From: Mobula hypostoma
Lineage: Eukaryota
Direction of reading: 5' to 3'
DNA length: 64,000 bases
Assembly: GCF_963921235.1 (NCBI RefSeq)
Contig: NC_086097.1
Coordinates: 4,650,001 to 4,714,000, forward strand
The notes under the pieces were generated by a model, which did no database searches, was not told the DNA's origin, and saw nothing but the letters and a program-made list of their open reading frames with translations. The position numbers were made by a program, and so were the translations under genes. How positions within the stretch are numbered: the first letter of the stretch is position 1; each line of letters begins with the position of its first letter. Shown here one piece after another: positions 56,095 through 64,000 of the stretch.

Positions 56095-56313
56095 AGCAAC
56101 ACACATCAAAGTTGCTGGTGAACGCAGCAGGCCAGGCAGCATCTCTAGGAAGAGGTACAGTCGACGTTTCAGGCCGAGACCCTTCGTCAGGCTTGAAACG
56201 TCAACTGTACCTCTTCCTAGAGATGCTGTCTGGCCTGCTGCGTTCACCAGCAACTTTGATGTGTGTGGCTTGAATTTCCAGCATCTGCAGAATTCCTGTT
56301 GTTTGCGTTTTAA
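56095..56313. mobile_element. Penelope-like inverted terminal-repeat insertion with 13-bp TSD
   Basis: TSD AATATCCATATCA (56082-56094, 56314-56326); inverted arms of the same family as 9353-9590. Confidence 0.8.
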
Positions 56314-56559
56314 AATATCCATATCACTTCGTTTAGGGGAACAGGATGCCACAGCATGGGACAAAATAAGCTGCAGCAAGTTGTAAACTCAGCCAGCTCC
56401 AACACGAGTGTGAGCACGAGCCTCCCCAGCACCCAGGGTACCTTCAAGACGCGATGCCTCAAAAAGGTGGCATCCATCATGGGAGGGAGGTGGGGAACAG
56501 AGGATTTATTTAAAATTACGTAAGTAGCACATCAATAGAAATTTTAATAAGTGGGCTCA

Positions 56560-57460
56560 ATGTCCATTTAGGAATAGGTTGGCAGAGAAAAAAGCTGTTC
56601 CTGAATTGCCGAGCGTGTGCCTCCAGGCTTCTGTATCTCCACTGATACAGAAGAGGGCATGGCCTGGGTGGTGGGGGTCCGTAATGATGGGCACTGCCTT
56701 TCTGAGGCACCGTTCCTTGATGATGTTTTGGATACTATGGAGGCTAGTATCCAAGATAGAGCTGACTAATTTTACCACTATCTGCAGTGCACTTCCGTCC
56801 TGTGCAGTAGGCACACCCCCCACCCTTCCCCATACCAGACAGTGATGCAGCCAGTCTGAATGCTCTCCATGGTACATCTGTAGAAGTTTGTATTTTAGGT
56901 GAAATTCCAATTCTCTTCAAACTACTGATGAAGTATGGCCGATGTCTTGTCTTCTTTATAACTGTATCGATATACTGAGACCAAATTAGATCCTCAGAGA
57001 TCTTGACACCCAGGAACACGAAACTGCTCACTCTCTCCACTTCTGATCCCTCTATGAGGATTGGTATGTGTTCCTTCATCTTACCCTTCCTGAAGTCCAC
57101 AATCAGCTCTTTCGTCTTACAGATACTGAGTGCCAGGTTGTTGCTATGACACCACTCCACTTGGCATATCTCACTCCTGTATACACTCTCATCACCATCT
57201 GAGATTCTGCAGGCAATGCATCATCAGCAAATCTGTAGACGGTATGTGAGCTATGCCTAGCCACAGAGTCATGGGTATAGAGAGTAGAGCAGTGGGCTAA
57301 GCCCACACCCCTGAGGTGCACCAGTGAAGACTGCCAGGGAGGTGGAGATGTTATCACCAATCCGCACAGACTGTGGTCTACCATAAGGAAGTCGAGAATC
57401 CAGTTGCAGAGGAAGGTAGCGAGGCCCATGTTCTGTAGTTTATCAATCAGGACTGTATGA
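56560..57460 (-). mobile_element. Rex1/Babar LINE fragment
   Basis: LCNWILDFL, RFADD, WCHSNNLALSICKTKELIVDFRK, GVKISEDL. Confidence 0.85.
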
Positions 57461-60400
57461 ATTCTCACTATAATTTATAGCATTTTTTATTATGTATTTC
57501 AATGTACTGCTGCCACAAAACGAAAAATTTCACAACATATGCCAATGATATTAAAACTGATTCTGATTCTGACCTGGAACAAAGGCTTAGTTATTGAGGA
57601 AATGGAATCAGTCAAAACACGTCTATTTGCTCAATCAGAAACAAAATAAAGGAAATAATTTTACTCACTCTTGCAAATTAACCACATTAAGGAAAAATAC
57701 ACTACAGAATCTGCAAACACGAATTAACATCAAAACACTCAACAGGTCAGGCAGTATCTGTTAACTAAATGTTTTACTGATAAAAATTTGTTACAAAAAT
57801 AACAGATATTTATATAAGATTCACCACCAAGGTATCACTGCTTTTTCTATAGAACATTGAAACAAATCAAGAAAGGCAATTCCTAAAACAAAAACAAAAA
57901 ATGTCACACAGTTACACACAAAGCTGCATCTATTCAGTTCACAAAATAATCAGTGAATATCAATGTAGAACAATGGTTATAATCAAGTGCACTGGAATAC
58001 ATTTCAAACTTTAACTTTATAATCCTGCTTGAGCTCTCTGGTCTTCCGGTGGTCCACTGAATTTAAACAACTTCCCTCAAAAGGTAATGCACTGGCAGGT
58101 CATCTTTTTGAGCTACGCTCTTAAACTGTAAAACTCAATACCTGAAACTAAGGGATGTAGACTCAGATGACACTTTTAAACACCAGCTCAAAACCTATTT
58201 ATTTAACCAACATCTTTTTGTCTTTTATTTTCATGTTTGCACTTTATCCCATTGTAAAGCGCTTTGAACTACATTGTCTGTATGGGATGTGCTCTGTAAA
58301 TAAATCATTGAGATTATTACCAACACGAGAAAATCTGCAGATACTGGAAATCCAGAACAACACACACAAAATGCTGGAGGAATTCAGGTCAGGCAGCATC
58401 TATGGAAAAGAGTGCAGTCAACATTTCGAGTCGAGACCCTTCATCAGGTCTTGGCTTAAAACGTCAACTGTTTATTCTTTTCCACAGATGCTGCCTGGGC
58501 TGCAGAGTTCTTCCAGCATTTTGTGTATTATGATTATTAAATGCTTTCTCAGCCAAAATTGCAAGCAATTCAAAATTGCGAGCTCACCAAGGCAAACAAC
58601 AAAGCAAATTTTATTTTAATTTTTAAAGTTCTAATACAAGGATAGTCAGAGGCTTTTTCCCCAGGGCTGAAGTGGCTGCCACGTTTAAGCTGCTTGGGAG
58701 TAGGTACAGAGGAAATATCAGGGGTAAGTTGTTTTTTTATATAAAAACGCAGAGAGTGGTGAGTGCATGGAATGGGCTGCCAGCAATGGTGGTGGAGGCA
58801 GATATGACAAGGTCTTTTAAGAAACTTTTGAACAGGTACATGGAGCTTAGAAAAATAGAGGGCTATGGGTAACCCTAGTAATTTCTAAGGTAGGGACATG
58901 TTCAGCACAACTTTGTGGGCTGAAGGGCCTGTATTGTGCTGTAAGTTTTCTATGTTTCTATAATGCACTTCATTTCTACACCTTAGTTTCCCCCTGTACA
59001 ATTAACACAATAGTTGCTACTTTAATACCAGATGCAAGTGTCTCAATGCTCAATCATTGATCAGGAAATTTTAGGCAATGAAAATGTACCCTAAAGAACA
59101 ATATTACCGTGCAGTGTTCAGCATTAAACTAATGTCGATGGCTGCCACAATATTAACTTCAATCAGGCAGTACCATGTTTAATAAGAATGCAAGAAGTTA
59201 GGTTAGACAAAAGGCCCCTTATGGCTGCTCCATTATCCAGTAATATCAAAGTTACTTGACTAACCCAGGTCCAATTTCCCGGTTTCTGAGTAGCAAAAAG
59301 GTTATTAATTTCAGGTTTAAATGTACCAAATATTCAGGCACCATTGATTCATAGAACAGACAATTCTAAAGTTTCACAATTCTTTGCAGAAAGAAGTTTC
59401 TTCTAAACTATTTCCTGAGCAGTAGGGACTTGATCTTTTTATTATTGATTTTTCTTATTATTACAGCATGGAATCACCCCTTCCAGCCCGCATAGCAATT
59501 CCCCTACGCGAATCACAGGACAATTTACAATGACCAATTAACCTACCAACCAGTACATTTTTGGACAGTGAGAGGAAATGCACACAGTTATGGGTGGCAT
59601 TCGACTGGCAAATAAGCCACACCCTCACACTGCACGAGGAGAGCATACAGACTCCTTACAGTCGACAGCAGGAATTGAACTTGTGTCGCCTGTCCTGTAA
59701 AGCGTCGTGCTAACCACTATGCTACCTTGAAACAATGGTAATAGTTCTATAATCTCCAATGAGATAAAATGGCTTCTTAGCAATTCCACCATCAAATCCT
59801 CCCACAATCTCACAGTTTAATGAAATCGTCTCTCATCCTTCTATTCTCTATTTACTTTGGCCAATTGGACGCAACACCTCGTCATACAATAGCACATTTT
59901 GTTAAATAAGGAGAATTCAAATGCAGAGAACTACAGGCATGAACTCACAGAAATCTCAAAATGCACGCTGGGTTATTTTATACTTCAAGCATCTTGCAAC
60001 AGAGAACTCCTCGCGCTACAATTTTGTGTTTTTGTGAACTAGTAAACAATGATTCTCTACATAGCAATTTGTCAATGTGTTCAAGGAATTCACACACAAA
60101 ATTTTAAACTCATTGCTCTTAGCCGAGAGATATCCGTGCATGCGTCAACCCACAAGTGCAAGGTTCCCAATGGTTATATTGCCGGGTTGATAGGGTGGTT
60201 AAGAAGGCATGTGACATGCTTGTCTTTATTAGTCAAGGCACTGAGTCCAAAAGTCAGGAAGTTATGTTGCGGCTTTATAAACTCTAGTGAGGCCACATCT
60301 GGAGTACTGCATGCAGTTCTGATTACCCCATTATAGGACAGACGTTGAGGCTTTGGAGAGAGTGCAGAGCAGGTTTACCAGGATGCTGCCTGGGTTAGAG

Positions 60401-60539
60401 AGCATGTCCTATAATGAGAGGGCTGTTTATTCTGACGTGCTGGAGGCTGAGGGGAGATCTGATAGAGGTTTATAAGATTATGAGTGGCATAGACAGAGTA
60501 GACAGGGAGTATCTTTTTCCCCCACAGTTGAAATGTCTG

Positions 60540-61404
60540 GAGACTTCCGGTAGCGCTCATGGAGTGAAGTCGCGTTCTTGACTCGCTCCATTACCTCTGA
60601 GTTTTTTTTCCTCTATGGTCAGCTATACTTTAATTAACCATTAAGGCATCAATTTTTACAATACTTTGAATTAAACTGAATTCTCTGACAATTGGATGAT
60701 ACTTAGATCTGCTATGTCTAAGAACGGGAAAGACGGCAAGGATGGTAAACCTCCGGTTAAACCGAAAGCTACGGATCTCCCCCCGACTGAATCACCAGTG
60801 ACTTTGAAAGCGATATCGGAGTTAATTCAGAGGGAAATTTCAACCTCTGTTAGGGAGATGATTCGTACGGAAATTGCAGGCTCTGTTAAAGACCTGATTC
60901 ATACGGAAATCTCAACTAATTTCCAGAAAATTGCCGATTTAATTGATAAGATGCAAACATGTATTGCGGAACATCAGTCGGCTATATCTGATCTTCAAAA
61001 ATTCGCGCAACAAAGTGAGCTTAAGATGGGGAAAATCGAAGAAACAATTAATGTAATGAAGAAGAAACTTGACTTTCTGACTTTTAAAAACTCTGACTTG
61101 GAATCTAGAATGCGACGGCAGAATTTACGAATGATTGGCGTGAGGGAAGCTGTTGAAGCTAACAACCCCATGAAATATTTCTCTCAACTTTTAAAAGATG
61201 CATTCCCTACTGTATTTCCTGACCAACCACCGCTACTGGATCGTGTTCACAGAATCCCATCATACTCGTCTAGGTCAGATAGACCTAGGCATGTTATTTT
61301 ACGTTTTCATTATTTTCAAGATAAGGAGAGACTGTTTCGATTCGCTCGATCTAAAGGTTTCATTGATTTTTCGGATCTTAAGTTCCGATTCGTGGAAGAT
61401 TTCA
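60540..61404 (+). mobile_element. L1/Tx1-like LINE 5' part (5' UTR plus open ORF1), 3'-truncated, inserted in a CR1 3' fragment (60130-61720)
   Basis: ORF 60696..61415: coiled coil, DLESRMRRQNLRMIGVRE, LDRVHRI, PRHVILRFHYFQDKERL (L1 ORF1p RRM); TSD GAAATGTCTG at 60530-60539 and 61405-61414. Confidence 0.88.
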
Positions 61405-62156
61405 GAAATGTCTGACACCAGATGGCATGCATTTAAGGTGAGCTGTGGTAAGTTCATAGGAGATATAAGGGGCAAGTTGTTTTTTTCGTTTTCACACCGA
61501 GTGGTGGATGCCTGGAATGTGCTGCCTAGGGTGGTGGTCGAGGCAGATATATTGGGGACTTTTAAGAAATGTTTAGATAGGCACATGAATGTGAGGGAAA
61601 AGGAAGGATATGGGCATTGTGTAGGCATAAGGGATTAGTTTAGTTGGTTATTTGATTACTAATTTATTTGGTTCAACACTACATTGTGGGCTGAAGGATC
61701 TGTTGCTGTGTTGTACTCTTCCATGTTCAATGTTCGAGATGAAGTCTTTTCTCTGCTGGGAAGCAACATCAGATCTGAAAGCACATTCACAATGGAATAC
61801 AACAAATTAGAGCTGAGAGCTGGCACATTGCCACTTTGGTGCCAGTCTGCCACAGCAATTTATGGTTAGAAGACGATCTCGGCTCCAGTTTCTGAACATG
61901 GTGCAGGTAGAAGAGATGAGTTTAGCTGGCCATTTCATTACTAATGCAACTGGTTTAGCACAACACAGTGGGCCAAAGGGCGCGTTCCTGTGTTGTACTG
62001 TTCTGTAACTCGTCTATTTAATTTGACACCAAATCAGAACATAATTACACCCTTATTTTACACAAACAAAAGGTTATCCGCAGCATTACCATCTTTTCAG
62101 ATAGTCCGATATTGCAAACTTCCCCATATCCTCAGTATCAATCATAAAGTGCACTA

Positions 62157-62252
<96 letters not shown>

Positions 62253-63632
62253 CTACAACAAAATTATTATGTATTTCTTAGTCATTAACTGAAATGGAAA
62301 CGGCAATGATTTGCTTGGTAGATCACTTAATTTCCAACTGACTGCAATTAGACCATCATTGATCAATTCAACTGTCTAAATTGGAAGGTGCCGGAAAAAG
62401 ACCAGAAGTTTCATGAAGGATCCCACCCACCCTGCTCATGGAGTGCCCTCCCACCAGAGAGGAGGCTATATAGCATCCACTCCAGGACCACCAGACTCAA
62501 AAACAGTTCCTTGCCCCAAGCAGTAAGGCTGATCAACACCTCCACCCACTAACCCATCTCTCCACACCCCCAACCACCACTACTTTATCATTTCCTGTCA
62601 GAGTCGACTCATGCACAGACACCCCTGTGCCAAGTGTCACTTTGTGGACAGACAATCAATGTATATAAGCTATATTTATATTTATTGTGTATTTTTATCA
62701 TTGTGTTCTTTATCTTATTGTGCTCTTTTGCTGCTACATCAGATCCGGAGTAACAATTACTTTGTTCTCTTTTACTCTTGTGTACTGGAAATTACATTAA
62801 ACAATCTCAAATCTTAGAGCATATTGCTATTTGTGAACGAGAATTCAATTAATTTTATATTATTTATTTTAAATACACCTTCCAGACCCATGACCACTAC
62901 CATCTGGAAAGAGAAGAGAAGATACCTGTGAACACCACCAATTGGAACTCCCGCTCCAAGTCACTCACCATCCTGAACATAGAATAGTATAGCACAGTAC
63001 AGGCCCTTCGGCCCACAATGTTGTGCTGGCCCTCAAACCCTGCCTCCTATATAACCCCCCACCTTAAATTCCTGCATATACCTGTCTAGTAGTCTCTGAA
63101 ACTTCACTAGTGTATCTGCCTCCACCACTGACTCAGGCAGTGCATTCCACGCACCGAACACTGAGTTAAAAACCTTCCTCTAATATCCCCCTTGAACTTC
63201 CCACCCCTTACCTTAAAGTCATGTCCTCTTGTATTGAGCAGTGGTGCCCTGGGGAAGAGGCACTGGCTATCCACTCTATCTCTTCCTCTTATTATCTTGG
63301 AAATATATCACCATTCCCATTGTCACTGGGTTAAAGTCATGGAATTCCCTCCCTAACAGCACTGTGGGTGTACCTACACCTCAGGGACTGCAGCGGTTCA
63401 AGGCGGCAGCTCATCGCCACCTTCTCAAGGGCAACTAGGGATGGGAAATAAATGCTGGCGATTCCCACATCCCATAAACAAATACATTAAAAAATCATGT
63501 AGCATTCTCCTTAATCATCTCAAAATGACTCAATTTAACACGCAATGATTCAGAAACAGCTTTTTCCCCTTCGCCATCTGATTTCTGAATGGACATTGAA
63601 CCCATCTATACTACCTCACTAGGTAAGGTAGT

Positions 63633-64000
63633 AATGCTGTTCAGGAAGCAGAGGCGAGGCTGCGTCACAGGAGGCTGGTGGCAGCGGTCACACGAGGCCG
63701 AGCTGGGCTAGGATCCTTTTCAACTCCCCAAATGGACACCAGAGGGAAGGAAAGGCGTCGTCTAGTTCAGGAGGAGGTGAGAGCAGTAGTGGAGGAGATG
63801 AGAGCCTGCAAGGCGGTGGGAATGAAGCAACAGGGAGCTTGGACAAGATGGGAGAATGCAGTTGAGAGGAAAGTGACCTGGGCTGATCTTTGGAAAGCCG
63901 AACCACACCGCATTCAATTTCTCATCCAGGCAGTGTACGATGTGCTTCCAAGCCCATCAAACCTGCACACATGGGGCAAGGCAGAGTCATCTGCGTGCCC
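63633..64000 (+). mobile_element. Hero (R2-group, RLE) non-LTR retrotransposon fragment running off the window
   Basis: Open frame from 63636: AVQEAEARLRHRRLVAAVTRGRAGLG..QQGAWTRWE..WKAEPHRIQFLIQAVYDVLPSPSNLHTWG. Confidence 0.8.

Noticed and set aside
60696..61415. Domesticated L1TD1-like gene
   Set aside because: It is truncated within ORF1 and bounded by a TSD inside a CR1, with no sign of domestication.
62253..64000. GALC exon 1 or promoter
   Set aside because: No signal-peptide or FDGIGAVSGGG-coding exon is found; the region is TE-derived, so exon 1 must lie beyond the window.

Overview
Eukaryotic, repeat-rich genomic DNA. The repeat content suggests a cartilaginous fish, probably a ray (inference). 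The window is the middle of a galactocerebrosidase (GALC, GH59) gene on the minus strand. Exons equivalent to human exons 2-10 can be located exactly, with GT-AG sites and consistent phases; exon 1 lies beyond the right end and exons 11 onward beyond the left end. The main surprise is that exon 7 occurs twice (28798-28925 and 21110-21237). Both copies are 128 nt, open, phase 0-to-2, and only about 44% identical in protein, so exactly one can be used: a mutually exclusive exon pair inside the catalytic TIM barrel. The introns are packed with CR1, Rex1/Babar, L2, L1-like, Hero and Penelope-like retroelement pieces, tRNA-type SINEs, two solo LTRs, a hAT MITE and Tc1 elements, one of which closely resembles Sleeping Beauty. 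The Penelope-like terminal repeats carry minimal hammerhead-ribozyme motifs, and one forms a perfect 204-bp palindrome with a 13-bp TSD. Most entries in the ORF track are transposon fragments or spurious. Repeat boundaries are approximate unless a TSD is cited.
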